From Nitrosopumilus sp. (GTDB lineage: Archaea > Thermoproteota > Nitrososphaeria > Nitrososphaerales > Nitrosopumilaceae): a stretch of 64,000 nucleotides of DNA. Positions 19,643-29,853 of this stretch are shown piece after piece; the first letter of the stretch is position 1, and each line of letters begins with the position of its first letter. The translations under genes and the position numbers were made by a program. The stretch lies in the NCBI GenBank assembly GCA_965205425.1, contig CBDBGZ010000005.1:128001-192000 (forward strand), in the 5' to 3' direction. A model generated the notes under the pieces. It saw only the letters and a list, made by a program, of their open reading frames with translations, searched no databases and was not told where the DNA came from.

Positions 19643-20284
19643 GTGAAACTAGTAAAAATTGCCGAAGATTTTGCAAAAAAGAAACACAAAGAACAAGTTA
19701 GAAAAGACGGCATTACACCATATTCAAAACATTTGGAAAAGGTAGTAAATGAACTCAAAAGTATGGGCATAACTGATGACAATATTCTCTGTACAGGATG
19801 GCTTCACGATACAATAGAGGATACAGACACGGATTATGATGAAATTTATGAAAAATTTAACAAGAAAATTGCAGATTATGTGGCATTAGTTACAAAAGAT
19901 ACTAGATTGGTAAAGGCAAAACAAGAAAAAGAATACATTTCTCAACTGAAAAAAGCATCTTGGCAAGCCAAAGTTGTAAAACTAGGAGACATTATTGCAA
20001 ATTTCAAAGATCTTCCAAATGCAAAATATGATGCAAATGTAGAAAAAAATAAAGTAAAAAAGAAAATTCCATATATTTTGGCAATCAAATCTGGAATTAG
20101 TCATAACAAAAAGAAAATTCCACAGTTAGAAACAGCGCTATTCAAGCTTGAGCAATTCCCCCTATCACTCCCCATAGGTCATCATCTTTTGCCATACGTA
20201 AAGTATGAATCTATGAATAAAAGCCTTAGGGGGTTAATTATTGATAAATTTCAAAATATTCATAAGCATATCAGGCACAAATAA
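19643..20284 (+). CDS. HD-domain hydrolase, Mesh1/SpoT-like; C-terminal tail probably read-through
   Basis: H..Q.RK...PY..H, LHDTIEDT, VKL.D...N. Confidence 0.85.
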   Translation: MKLVKIAEDFAKKKHKEQVRKDGITPYSKHLEKVVNELKSMGITDDNILCTGWLHDTIEDTDTDYDEIYEKFNKKIADYVALVTKDTRLVKAKQEKEYISQLKKASWQAKVVKLGDIIANFKDLPNAKYDANVEKNKVKKKIPYILAIKSGISHNKKKIPQLETALFKLEQFPLSLPIGHHLLPYVKYESMNKSLRGLIIDKFQNIHKHIRHK

Positions 20285-20287
20285 GGC

Positions 20288-21091
20288 ATGTTGGAGAAAG
20301 TAAAAGAATCAAAATTTTGTTTTATTATTTCCCACATAGGAGATCGAGATAGTCCTGAACGATTAGATGCAGATAAAAAATTGAAACATATCTTTAATCC
20401 AATTTTTAGAGAATTAAATTATGAAACAAAAAGATCAGATGAAGAAGCCACAGCAGGATTTATTTCAACTCAAATTATTAAAAGATTAATCGAGTCAAAT
20501 TTGGTCATAGCAGATATTTCATTTGAAAATGCAAATGTGTTTTATGAACTAGCAGTTAGACATGCAGTAAAAAAACCAGTCATCATAATAAAAAAACCAA
20601 ATCAAAGACCACCTTTTGACATTACAGATTTACGCGCAATAGATGTGGATATGAAAGACCCAGATGTTTGGCAACCAGCAATGAAACAACTTAAAGAATA
20701 TATCATAGAATCAGAAAAAAATTCTGAAAAAGCTTCAGAGTCAATTTTAAGTAATTTTATGGCATCATTTAATCTACAAAGCCATCAAGATAAAGAAAGC
20801 GACACATTAAGAATAGTAAAAGATGTTCAATCTCAAATGAATAGATTGAGTCACGATATAGAGGATGTCAAACATAGTAATGTAGAACCTAACTGGTTAT
20901 CATCTTCGGATACCATTAGAGATAGAAGTAAAATTCGTGTTGGCAATTCATATTATATTGTGAAATGTAAAAGATGTAACCAATTTTTCCATCCAAAATA
21001 CAATTCACCTTGGAATGAAGAATATACTGAAAGATGCACACATTGTGGAAGTCAAGCGAAATATGGTAGAAACGCCTATTTTGAATCATGA
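20288..21091 (+). CDS. Nucleoside 2-deoxyribosyltransferase-like protein with C-terminal zinc ribbon
   Basis: CFII, RSDE, LVIADIS..NANVFYELAVRHA, PFDI; CKRC...CTHCG. Confidence 0.75.
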   Translation: MLEKVKESKFCFIISHIGDRDSPERLDADKKLKHIFNPIFRELNYETKRSDEEATAGFISTQIIKRLIESNLVIADISFENANVFYELAVRHAVKKPVIIIKKPNQRPPFDITDLRAIDVDMKDPDVWQPAMKQLKEYIIESEKNSEKASESILSNFMASFNLQSHQDKESDTLRIVKDVQSQMNRLSHDIEDVKHSNVEPNWLSSSDTIRDRSKIRVGNSYYIVKCKRCNQFFHPKYNSPWNEEYTERCTHCGSQAKYGRNAYFES

Positions 21092-21208
21092 TTTTTAGAA
21101 TTTACAATAGAAATAAAGTCAAATTATGAAGAAATTAGTGTATTTTTCCAACCCTAACCAATGGTTCTAAGATTTCAATTTAATAACTAGTCAATCTAAT
21201 TTTAAAAA

Positions 21209-21739
21209 ATGCCTCAAACTGAAGCAAGAAAGACACTCAAAGATGCCCCAATCATGTGGAGAAGAATTAACTCTATAGGCATGATTTTGGACTGTAATTC
21301 AACATATGCAGTAAATCTAGGATATGCCAAGTCAGAGATCCTAGGAAAACCAATCTTCGAACACGTTCCAAAAGAATCCTGGGAAGACATGAATAATTCT
21401 CTAAAAATCTGGTTTGAAACAGGCAAAGTTACAGATAGAAAAATTACATTCAAAAAACAAAACAACAGTACATTCTCAGTGTTATTACAAGCAACCAGCC
21501 TGTATGACGAAAACAAGAATTTACTTGGAAGTAATACCGTAATATTTGATTTAGACCAAATGACTGATGAAAAAATTAAAGAATACCAAGAATTTTTCAA
21601 AGAATCAAACAAAAGATTAGAAGAGATTAAAGAAAAAGAATATGATCAACTAGATGAAAATTCAAAATCAGAATATGACGGATTAAAAGAAATGTTTGAA
21701 ATGCTATCTAATATCAATTTAGATGAATTGAAAAAATAA
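21209..21739 (+). CDS. PAS-domain protein
   Basis: G.ILDCN......LGY...EILGK PAS signature. Confidence 0.85.
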   Translation: MPQTEARKTLKDAPIMWRRINSIGMILDCNSTYAVNLGYAKSEILGKPIFEHVPKESWEDMNNSLKIWFETGKVTDRKITFKKQNNSTFSVLLQATSLYDENKNLLGSNTVIFDLDQMTDEKIKEYQEFFKESNKRLEEIKEKEYDQLDENSKSEYDGLKEMFEMLSNINLDELKK

Positions 21740-21744
21740 TTATT

Positions 21745-23661
21745 TTAATTTTCTTTTATTGATTTTTGAAGTTCATCAAAAACTTGTTTAACTTCAGTAA
21801 CAGCAGTACCATCTTCTAATGTACTAACATCACCAATTTGTTCATTATTTCCAATTGATTTTAGCAATCTTCTCATAATTTTCCCACTTCGAGTTTTTGG
21901 CAATTTTGAAACAAAGTAGATTTGTTTAGGAGTAGCAATAGCGCCAATGTCTGCTCGAATTTTTTCAACTAGTTGATTTTCTAAATTATTTGAGTCATTC
22001 ACAATACCTTGTTTTAAAACTACAAATGCAATTATCACTTCACCTTTAATTTCATCAGGAATTCCACAAGCTGCAGATTCAGCAACATCAGGATGAGAGA
22101 CCATACAACTTTCAAGCTCTGCAGTTCCAATTCTATGACCTGCAATTTTTAGTACATCATCAGCACGACCCAATAACCAAAGATATCCATCAGTATCTTT
22201 TAGAGCATAATCTCCAGGATAGTAACAATTTTCATATTTTGACCAATAGACAGTCTTGTATTTTGAATCATCATTCCACAACGTCAAAAGCATTCCAGGC
22301 CAAGGGTTTTTGACTACCAAATATCCCTTAGTATTTGCAGCAACTTCATCACCATTTTCATCAACTACAGTGATATTTACGCCTGGGATTGGACGTGTTC
22401 CAGATCCAGGCTTTAGAGGAATGGTCTCAATTCCAGGAAGAGATGAAATCAACATACCACCAGTTTCAGTTTGCCACCAAGTGTCAATGATGGGGCATTT
22501 TTCTTTTCCAATAGTTTTGAAATACCATTTCCAAACTTCAGGATTAATTGGTTCTCCAACAGTTCCAAGTAATCGTAAACTTGAAAGATCAAAAGAGTTT
22601 GGAATATCATCTCCAAATTTCATAAACATTCTCAAAGCAGTAGGAGTAGTGTAAAAGATTGTAACTTTGTATTTTTGTAATATATCCCACATTCTGGATG
22701 CATCTGGAAAATCAGGTGCCCCCTCATACATTACTTGAGTTGCACCATGAAGAAATGGAGCATACACCACATAGCTATGTCCAGTAACCCAACCAATATC
22801 AGCTGTACAAAAAAAGATGTCTGAATCTTTAATGTCAAAAGCCCATTTGAATGTAGAATGTAAATGAGTAAGATATCCTCCAGTACCATGCAATACACCT
22901 TTTGGTTTTCCAGTTGTTCCAGAAGTATACAAAATGTAAAGAGGGTGATTACTGGGTAATTTTTCAGCAGGGCATGAATCAGAAACATCATTCATTAATT
23001 TAGACCAAAATTGATCTTTGGATGTCATTGAAATTTTATTTTTTGTTCGCTCAAGAACAACTACATGTTTTACAAAATCAAGTTCTTTAATTGCATCATC
23101 AACTACATCTTTGAGTGGAACAATTTTTCCTCTCCTATATCCACCATCAGCAGTAATGATGACTTGGGATTTTGAATCAGAAACTCTATCTTTAATTGAT
23201 GTTGCACTAAATCCAGAAAAAATCACAGTATGCGTAGCACCAATTCTAGCACATGCCAACATGGCAATTGGTAATTCTGGAACCATTGGCAGATAAATTG
23301 TTACTCTATTACCTTTTTGGACACCAAGAGATTTGAGGACATTTGCGAATTTTTGGACTTGAGTAAACATTTCGTCATATGAGATATTTCGAGAATCACC
23401 ATTTTCACCTTCCCATAAAATAGCAGATTTTGAAGATTTTGTCTTCTGATGAATATCCAGAGCATTATACGAGGCGTTAATCGTGCCTCCAACGAACCAT
23501 TTTGCAAATGGGGGATTCCAATCGAGGGTTTTGTCCCAGGTAGAAAACCACGACAAATTCTTTGCCTGCTCATCCCAAAAAGATTTAAAATCAGAATCGG
23601 CCTTTTTTCTTAAATTATTGTCATTATTTCCTAGTCCAATTTCAAATATCTCAGACATCAA
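21745..23661 (-). CDS. acs: Acetyl-CoA synthetase (AMP-forming)
   Basis: YTSGTTGKPKG, GEPIN, DTWWQTETG, PKTRSGKIMRR. Confidence 0.95.
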   Translation of the reverse strand: MMSEIFEIGLGNNDNNLRKKADSDFKSFWDEQAKNLSWFSTWDKTLDWNPPFAKWFVGGTINASYNALDIHQKTKSSKSAILWEGENGDSRNISYDEMFTQVQKFANVLKSLGVQKGNRVTIYLPMVPELPIAMLACARIGATHTVIFSGFSATSIKDRVSDSKSQVIITADGGYRRGKIVPLKDVVDDAIKELDFVKHVVVLERTKNKISMTSKDQFWSKLMNDVSDSCPAEKLPSNHPLYILYTSGTTGKPKGVLHGTGGYLTHLHSTFKWAFDIKDSDIFFCTADIGWVTGHSYVVYAPFLHGATQVMYEGAPDFPDASRMWDILQKYKVTIFYTTPTALRMFMKFGDDIPNSFDLSSLRLLGTVGEPINPEVWKWYFKTIGKEKCPIIDTWWQTETGGMLISSLPGIETIPLKPGSGTRPIPGVNITVVDENGDEVAANTKGYLVVKNPWPGMLLTLWNDDSKYKTVYWSKYENCYYPGDYALKDTDGYLWLLGRADDVLKIAGHRIGTAELESCMVSHPDVAESAACGIPDEIKGEVIIAFVVLKQGIVNDSNNLENQLVEKIRADIGAIATPKQIYFVSKLPKTRSGKIMRRLLKSIGNNEQIGDVSTLEDGTAVTEVKQVFDELQKSIKEN

Positions 23662-23713
23662 AAAGTGTATGAAGTTAGATCTTTCTAAGTGTTAAAAAAA
23701 TAATTTAAAAAAA

Positions 23714-24595
23714 TTATTGTGCTTCCATTCTAGCAAGCCAATCGTTATCATTGTCGTCTTTTGAAGTATCTGCGGTCACCTGTTGGGGTGGTTCTGGAAA
23801 TGCAAATGTTACCTCAGGTTCTGTTGGAGGCTCCGGTATATGGGTACTTGGTGCCTCAATTGGTTCTGAAGGTATTGGTGTTGATTCGACTGGTACTTCT
23901 GGAAGTATTGTCTGAACTACTTGTTGTTCGTGTTCAGAAGTCTCCAGATATGAACGGGCTGATTCTTGGATGTCTGGTGTTGGAGGGGCTGTTATCTCTT
24001 GCACTTCCAATTCAAGATCTGCAATTCTACTCTTTACATTTGCGATTTCTGCGGTTTCGTGAGTTACATGCTCAATTACCTCAGTTGTGCATGATTTCAC
24101 AGTTTCAAATGTTGCATCAGAGATTTCATTGCTCTTGTATTGTACTTTTGCATCAAACGATAACATTTTTGCAGACTTCATTTGATCATTTAGCTCAGTC
24201 AATCTTGCCTCAAGAATTGCTTTGATTTCATGTTCTGTTTCATCTAATGATACAAGTTTTGACTTGTATTTTTCATGAATGATTTCTGCATCTGCTTTCA
24301 TGTCATCATTTTCTGAAACTATGTCAATCAATGCTTTTAATCGACGTAGAGTTAATTGTTTTTCTCGAATGAGTCTTTGTGAGTCTAGTCTCCATTTTGG
24401 AATGAATATAACAACTTCGCCTTGAGCTACTAATTGTTCATATTGGATTTGCTGTAATCCTTGTGAACCGCAGTCAATGCCAACGGATTGTATACTTCCG
24501 TCGATATCAGTTATTGTTCCTACGACTTTACCCATGAATGTTCCGTACATGTCTTTGACATTTTTACCGATAATTTCGATATCGTCGTTTGTCAT
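23714..24595 (-). CDS. cdvA: Cell division protein CdvA
   Basis: IGK.VKD.YG...G PRC-barrel start, P.W, coiled coil, Pro/Glu-rich tail; start refined to MTNDD. Confidence 0.85.
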   Translation of the reverse strand: MTNDDIEIIGKNVKDMYGTFMGKVVGTITDIDGSIQSVGIDCGSQGLQQIQYEQLVAQGEVVIFIPKWRLDSQRLIREKQLTLRRLKALIDIVSENDDMKADAEIIHEKYKSKLVSLDETEHEIKAILEARLTELNDQMKSAKMLSFDAKVQYKSNEISDATFETVKSCTTEVIEHVTHETAEIANVKSRIADLELEVQEITAPPTPDIQESARSYLETSEHEQQVVQTILPEVPVESTPIPSEPIEAPSTHIPEPPTEPEVTFAFPEPPQQVTADTSKDDNDNDWLARMEAQ

Positions 24596-24728
24596 GTGTG
24601 ATAGTTTAGAGATTTGTATAACCGACAAAGTGTAAGAAATGTTTTTAGTTTTAGTAAGATTAAATTCACAAACTCAAAATCGGCTAATTTTTAGTAATTT
24701 TAAAATCTAGAGACAAAATAGTAGGCTC

Positions 24729-25022
24729 ATGATTCAAAAAGAAGAACTTGAACAAATTTTGAATTTTGTTGCAAGCAGATGGACTGAAGCTACCAAGGAC
24801 CCAAACAATAAAGCTATGGAGACATTACCAAATGATTTTTGGATGAATTCAATTGGCGGAAAAACTGCCAAAAAAGGCTATTGGGTTACAACATTGATGT
24901 ATACTGAAAAAGAGGAAGATGCTGAATCTTTCAAACAGGTATTACTTCGATGGCAAGCAAAAGGTCAAGACAAAGACAGAGACAAAGGCCCCGATCTAAT
25001 TCAAATTGGAAAGAAGAAATAG
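24729..25022 (+). CDS. Hypothetical protein
   Basis: 97-aa ORF. Confidence 0.7.
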   Translation: MIQKEELEQILNFVASRWTEATKDPNNKAMETLPNDFWMNSIGGKTAKKGYWVTTLMYTEKEEDAESFKQVLLRWQAKGQDKDRDKGPDLIQIGKKK

Positions 25023-25054
25023 ACTATTAATAATTGTGAATCAACAGAACGTTA

Positions 25055-26695
25055 TTGTCTGAATTCTCAATTAAAGAAAAAAAGATTCTATCAGATCACT
25101 TTTCAAATACTGAAGGTAATGTCTTTGCAATAATTACTCCACGACAAGTTGATCGTGGCGCATTGATGTCACGATATAGTCGAACAGACAAAAGTATGAG
25201 ACGAATATTTCTTGATGAATTTTTGCAAAACAAAAGTAGGGGCGAGGAATTTTACAACAGAGTGCTTTTAGAATATGGGGATGATTCTGTTGCAGAATTA
25301 GGTGAAGCACAAATTGCAATTGAAGGATTGTCAAACATTGCAGTAAAAAAAATTGAAGACAGAAGAATTGGATTATCCTATTTAGAAAAATCATCAAGAT
25401 ATGTTGCATGGAATAAAAAAGAAAATGGCAAATACAGATTTTATAGAGATCCTGAAATTATGAAATCAAAATATGCAGACATGTATGAAGATAGTTGTAA
25501 TTTTTCATTTGACATTTATTCAAAAAACATAGAACCAATGGTAACTTATGTTAGAGAAAAATATCCAATAGAAAAATATAGTTTTAAAGATTCCAAAGAT
25601 GGAAAAGAAAAATTATTTTCTAAATTGAAAAATGAACTAGACATTAAATCAGCAAACATGATTTATCGAGGTTCAACAAAAGCTAAAGCTCTAGATATCC
25701 TAAGAGGATTATTACCAGCATCAACATTAACAAATGTAGGAATTACTGGAAACGGACGGGCATTTGAATATCTTTTAACAGTTCTAGGCTCATCTGAGCT
25801 AAAAGAAGAGCAAGAATTAGCCTCAAAAATCAAAAAAGAACTTGACACCACAATCAAATCATTTGTTAGGAGAGCTGATGACAAGTATGGAAGAGCATTT
25901 CAAAAATATCTCAAAGACATTAAGAATAAATCAAAAGCAATTACTGCAAAAGAAATCAAATCGAATCCAAAAAAAGGAACAATTACAAAACTTGTAGATT
26001 ACGAATCAGAAAAAAATTCTATTGATAAAATTATTACAAGCATTATGTATGAGCAATCACCTAGCACATCTTATCAAAATATTTTCCAACAAGTGAAAAA
26101 AATCTCAAAAGAAAAGAAAATCAAAACAATCAATGAATTTACAAAAATTCGTACAAACAGACGTCATAGACCATCAAGAGCATTTGAAAATATCTACTAT
26201 ACCTTTGACTTGTGTAATAATTATGGAATGTTTAGAGACTTTCACAGACACAGGACATTAACTCTTGAAAGACAACTACTAACAACAGATCATGGTTACA
26301 ATATGCCAAATGAAATTAAGATTCTTGGGATTGAAAAAGATTTCAAAGACTGTATGAATAAAACTAAAGAAACATTTGATAAAATTAGAACAAAATATCC
26401 AGAACAAGGACAATATGTTGTAAACTTTGGATACAATTATCCATATTTTATGAAATTCAACTTAAGAGAAGCTTGTCATTTAATTGAATTGAGAACAGTT
26501 CCACAAGGACATGTGGATTACAGAAGAGTAGCACAACAAATGTTTAATCAAATTAACAAAGTTCATCCAAATCTAAGTAAAATTATGAAATATGTTGACA
26601 TGAAAGAATATGATTTAGAAAGGTTTGAATCAGAAAAAAGAACCGAAGAAAAAAGAAAAAAGCTAAAAAAAATAGAAAAATATTCTAATATTTGA
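25055..26695 (+). CDS. thyX: FAD-dependent thymidylate synthase, tandem-domain form
   Basis: [31 protein letters not shown]. Confidence 0.9.
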   Translation: MSEFSIKEKKILSDHFSNTEGNVFAIITPRQVDRGALMSRYSRTDKSMRRIFLDEFLQNKSRGEEFYNRVLLEYGDDSVAELGEAQIAIEGLSNIAVKKIEDRRIGLSYLEKSSRYVAWNKKENGKYRFYRDPEIMKSKYADMYEDSCNFSFDIYSKNIEPMVTYVREKYPIEKYSFKDSKDGKEKLFSKLKNELDIKSANMIYRGSTKAKALDILRGLLPASTLTNVGITGNGRAFEYLLTVLGSSELKEEQELASKIKKELDTTIKSFVRRADDKYGRAFQKYLKDIKNKSKAITAKEIKSNPKKGTITKLVDYESEKNSIDKIITSIMYEQSPSTSYQNIFQQVKKISKEKKIKTINEFTKIRTNRRHRPSRAFENIYYTFDLCNNYGMFRDFHRHRTLTLERQLLTTDHGYNMPNEIKILGIEKDFKDCMNKTKETFDKIRTKYPEQGQYVVNFGYNYPYFMKFNLREACHLIELRTVPQGHVDYRRVAQQMFNQINKVHPNLSKIMKYVDMKEYDLERFESEKRTEEKRKKLKKIEKYSNI

Positions 26696-26711
26696 AAGAG
26701 TGAAAAGTAAC

Positions 26712-27113
26712 ATGACAGAAAAAATTGAAAAAAGTACTGAAGAATGGAAAGAACAGTTAACCCCAGATCAATATGAAATTTGTATCAATCATGGAACAGA
26801 GCCACCATTTTCTGGAAAATACAACGATACCAAACTTGAAGGAAATTTCAAATGCACATGTTGCGGAGAAGAACTTTTTTCATCAGATTCAAAGTTTGAT
26901 TCAGGTTCAGGTTGGCCAAGTTTTTGGAAACCGATATCTGAAGATAAAATCGAATACATTTCAGATACAACTTATGGCATGACTCGTACTGAAGTAAACT
27001 GTAACAAATGTGGAGCACATCTGGGTCATGTGTTTGATGATGGTCCAAAGCCTACAAATGAAAGATATTGTATCAATTCTATTTCATTGCAACATGAAAA
27101 AGATGAAAAATGA
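26712..27113 (+). CDS. msrB: Peptide methionine sulfoxide reductase B
   Basis: GTEPPF, GWPSF, HLGHVF.DGP, RYCINS. Confidence 0.97.
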   Translation: MTEKIEKSTEEWKEQLTPDQYEICINHGTEPPFSGKYNDTKLEGNFKCTCCGEELFSSDSKFDSGSGWPSFWKPISEDKIEYISDTTYGMTRTEVNCNKCGAHLGHVFDDGPKPTNERYCINSISLQHEKDEK

Positions 27114-27232
27114 TAGTCACAAAATAATTAAAGATATGAATTCAAAAATATTTAATAAAACGCAATTAATCATAAGAAAATCAAGAGAAATAAAATGAAC
27201 CACAAAAATACTTTGAAAAGGAAAGAACTGAT

Positions 27233-28243
27233 TTGAGAATAATATTGTGTGGATTTGGGGTAGTTGGTCAAAGCTTAATCAAATTATTTGATTCCAGATC
27301 AGAGGATCTTTATGCAAAATATGGATTAAAACCAAGAGTTGTGGGTGTATTTGATAGTAAAGGAAGTGCAGTCAACAAATCAGGATTGAATTTTAACAAA
27401 TTAATTGATGTGAAGAAAAAATTTGGGACGGTAAAAAATTATGCAGATACTCAAAATTCAATGTCAGGAGTAGAGATGTTGAAAAATGTAGAAGCTGATG
27501 TACTCATTGAGACTACTGCAAGCAATTACAAAGATGCAGAACCAGGAATGACTCACATCACCACGGCCATGAAACAAGGAATGCACGTGATTTCAGTAAA
27601 CAAAGGACCATTGGCTTTAGCATTTCCATCATTACTAGAACTAGCCACATACAATCAAGTTATGTTGAAATTTAGTGGAACAGTTGGGGGAGGAACACCA
27701 ATTCTAGATTATGCTAAAGATAGCCTAAGTGGTGAAAGAATTACATCATTTGCAGGAATTCTCAACGGCACTACAAATTACATTTTAACAAATATGGGAA
27801 CAGGTGTATCATATGAGGAAGCACTAAAAGATGCAAAAGACAAAGGATACGTAGAAGCTGATGAGGCTTTAGATTTAGATGGATTAGATGCAGCAGCAAA
27901 ACTAGTCATTTTAGCTAATTGGATTATGGGGATGAAAGTGACTTTGCCAGATATCAATTGTACAGGAATTCGTAAAGTTACATTAGAGGATATCAAAAAA
28001 GCTGCTAAAAATAATTGTGCAATAAAATTAATCGCATCTTGCAACAAAGAACTGGTTGTAGGTCCAAAAGAAGTATCAAATGATGATCCTCTATGCGTTA
28101 ATGGAACACTAAATGCAATTGCCTTTACTTCAGAGCATTCAGGCACTCAAACAATTATCGGTAAAGGTGCAGGAGGCATGGAAACAGCTAGTTCAATTCT
28201 AAGAGACTTGCTAGACATCAGACAAGAGATTGCAAGAGATTGA
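27233..28243 (+). CDS. hom: Homoserine dehydrogenase
   Basis: GFGVVG, NKGPLA, GILNGTTNYIL, GAGG.ETAS. Confidence 0.95.
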   Translation: MRIILCGFGVVGQSLIKLFDSRSEDLYAKYGLKPRVVGVFDSKGSAVNKSGLNFNKLIDVKKKFGTVKNYADTQNSMSGVEMLKNVEADVLIETTASNYKDAEPGMTHITTAMKQGMHVISVNKGPLALAFPSLLELATYNQVMLKFSGTVGGGTPILDYAKDSLSGERITSFAGILNGTTNYILTNMGTGVSYEEALKDAKDKGYVEADEALDLDGLDAAAKLVILANWIMGMKVTLPDINCTGIRKVTLEDIKKAAKNNCAIKLIASCNKELVVGPKEVSNDDPLCVNGTLNAIAFTSEHSGTQTIIGKGAGGMETASSILRDLLDIRQEIARD

Positions 28244-28716
28244 AATCTAATTTAATTTCAAAAAGTGAAACATCTGCACTTTTAAAAACAGTTTCAGAGA
28301 GATGGGGAATTGAATTTCCTAAAATGAAAAATGTTAAAGTTCATCAAATTTTAGATGATGCACAAATAATTACAGGTGATGGAATAAAAATACTAAAAGT
28401 AGAAGACGATTATCTGCCATTTTTATCAGAAACTGAAATGTTAGAAAAATTTCCTGCAGTTACAGTAGATATGGGTGCAATCAAATTCATGTGCAAAGGT
28501 GCAAATTTGATGAGACCGGGAATTAAAGAATTCTCAGAATTTGAAAAAGACAAACTAGTTTGTATTGTAGAAGAATCTCAACATAAATTCTTAGCAGTAG
28601 GTAAATCACTAGTAGCAAGTTCAGAACTAGAAAATATGGAGAAAGGGGAAGTGATTAAAAATATCCATTATATTTCAGACAGATTCTGGGAAACAGGTAA
28701 AACAATCTACGATTAA
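28240..28716 (+). CDS. PUA-domain RNA-binding protein
   Basis: VDMGAIKF..KGA.LMRPGI. Confidence 0.9.
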   Translation: MKSNLISKSETSALLKTVSERWGIEFPKMKNVKVHQILDDAQIITGDGIKILKVEDDYLPFLSETEMLEKFPAVTVDMGAIKFMCKGANLMRPGIKEFSEFEKDKLVCIVEESQHKFLAVGKSLVASSELENMEKGEVIKNIHYISDRFWETGKTIYD

Positions 28717-28744
28717 AATTAAATTTTTAAAATTAAGAATTTAG

Positions 28745-29341
28745 TTATTTGATTTCTTCAGTAAATTCTTCAGTACCATCTTTTGTAATAACTAGTACAT
28801 CCAAGCCATCACCACTTGCAGAATCTCTAAGTGCTGCTGAACGGACTGCACGTTTTGCCAAATCAATTGCTTCGTCTTTACTCATGTTTGGTTTGAATTG
28901 AGGGTCTAAGACACCTAATGCCATTTCAGCTCCAGTTCCTACTGCAGCATATTCATCAGGAAGTACTGAACCTAATGGGTCCAGAGTATACATGACTGGT
29001 TTGTCAACAACACCACCAACAATTACCTGAGTCAATAATGGGAAGTATCTTCGTTCATACATCATATTTGACATCATTTTAGCAACAGTGTTTGGAGGAA
29101 CATCTCTTTTGAGTTCCATTTTTCTAATTTTAGCTAAAGCAGAAATCTGTAAAGATAGAATTTGCATATCGGCTACAAGACCAGCGCAAGTTGCACCAAC
29201 TTTTTGTGTAATTGGAAATGTTTTCTTTGTGGATTTACTTACAAGAAAGTTTCCAAATGCGATCCTTTTTTCACTAGCAAAAACTACACCACCATCAAAA
29301 GTAATTCCAACAGCAGTTGCTCCTGGCATATACATTGACAT
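28745..29341 (-). CDS. psmB: Proteasome beta subunit (ATAVG type, likely non-catalytic)
   Basis: ATAVGI, AG.VAD.Q, RD.ASG. Confidence 0.93.
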   Translation of the reverse strand: MSMYMPGATAVGITFDGGVVFASEKRIAFGNFLVSKSTKKTFPITQKVGATCAGLVADMQILSLQISALAKIRKMELKRDVPPNTVAKMMSNMMYERRYFPLLTQVIVGGVVDKPVMYTLDPLGSVLPDEYAAVGTGAEMALGVLDPQFKPNMSKDEAIDLAKRAVRSAALRDSASGDGLDVLVITKDGTEEFTEEIK

Positions 29342-29424
29342 ATTTCAAATAATTTTACCGCATAATAAAGGGCTTTCTACATTTGACGAGTAATTTATGA
29401 GCAAAATAATTATACTGAAAATCA

Positions 29425-29853
29425 TTGAAAAACTCATTGACTTCTGCTGAAATTAGAGAAAAATTTCTAAATGATATTGTCTTCATGGGTTTAAGATCAG
29501 CCATAGGTGTGATCTTTATTCTTCACGGAATGTCAAAATTCAGTCAAGGATTTGCTGAAAACTTACCAAACATGGGATTACCTGCAGAAATGGCAATTCC
29601 CATTGCTTTAGCAGAATTAGTTCCAGGTATTTTGTTAATTATCGGAGTGTTGAGTAGATTGTCTGCATCATTAATTTCAATAATTATGTTAGGAGCAATC
29701 TTCATGGTAAAAGGAGCATCAAGCATTACAGGAAAAGGCGGAGTAGAATTAGATTTGATTTTACTTGCATCAGCACTAGTAATCATGATTGTGGGTCCTG
29801 GCAGAATATCACTTGCTCAAGCTATTAAAAAAATACCTAGATGTCTTCACTAG
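29425..29853 (+). CDS. DoxX family membrane protein
   Basis: R...G..F..HG..K, GPG..S. Confidence 0.9.
   Translation: MKNSLTSAEIREKFLNDIVFMGLRSAIGVIFILHGMSKFSQGFAENLPNMGLPAEMAIPIALAELVPGILLIIGVLSRLSASLISIIMLGAIFMVKGASSITGKGGVELDLILLASALVIMIVGPGRISLAQAIKKIPRCLH

Larger units (their letters stand above)
13700..21100. mobile_element. Degraded genomic island (defence/virus-like cargo); boundaries approximate
   Basis: Nucleases, PIN, CARF-like regulator, coupled small ORFs and gene fragments between core genes fen and PAS/acs; no integrase or att repeat seen. Confidence 0.55.

Noticed and set aside
14113..20156. cttgagcaat shared by the sortase-fragment end and the HD junction as an att pair
   Set aside because: A 10-bp match in AT-rich DNA can be chance
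22256..24225. Antisense ORFs within acs and cdvA (and similar ones inside other core genes)
   Set aside because: Reverse-frame shadows with no motifs
28745..29341. Proteasome beta subunit lacking the usual TTT catalytic start
   Set aside because: A non-catalytic beta paralog is already known in this branch of archaea
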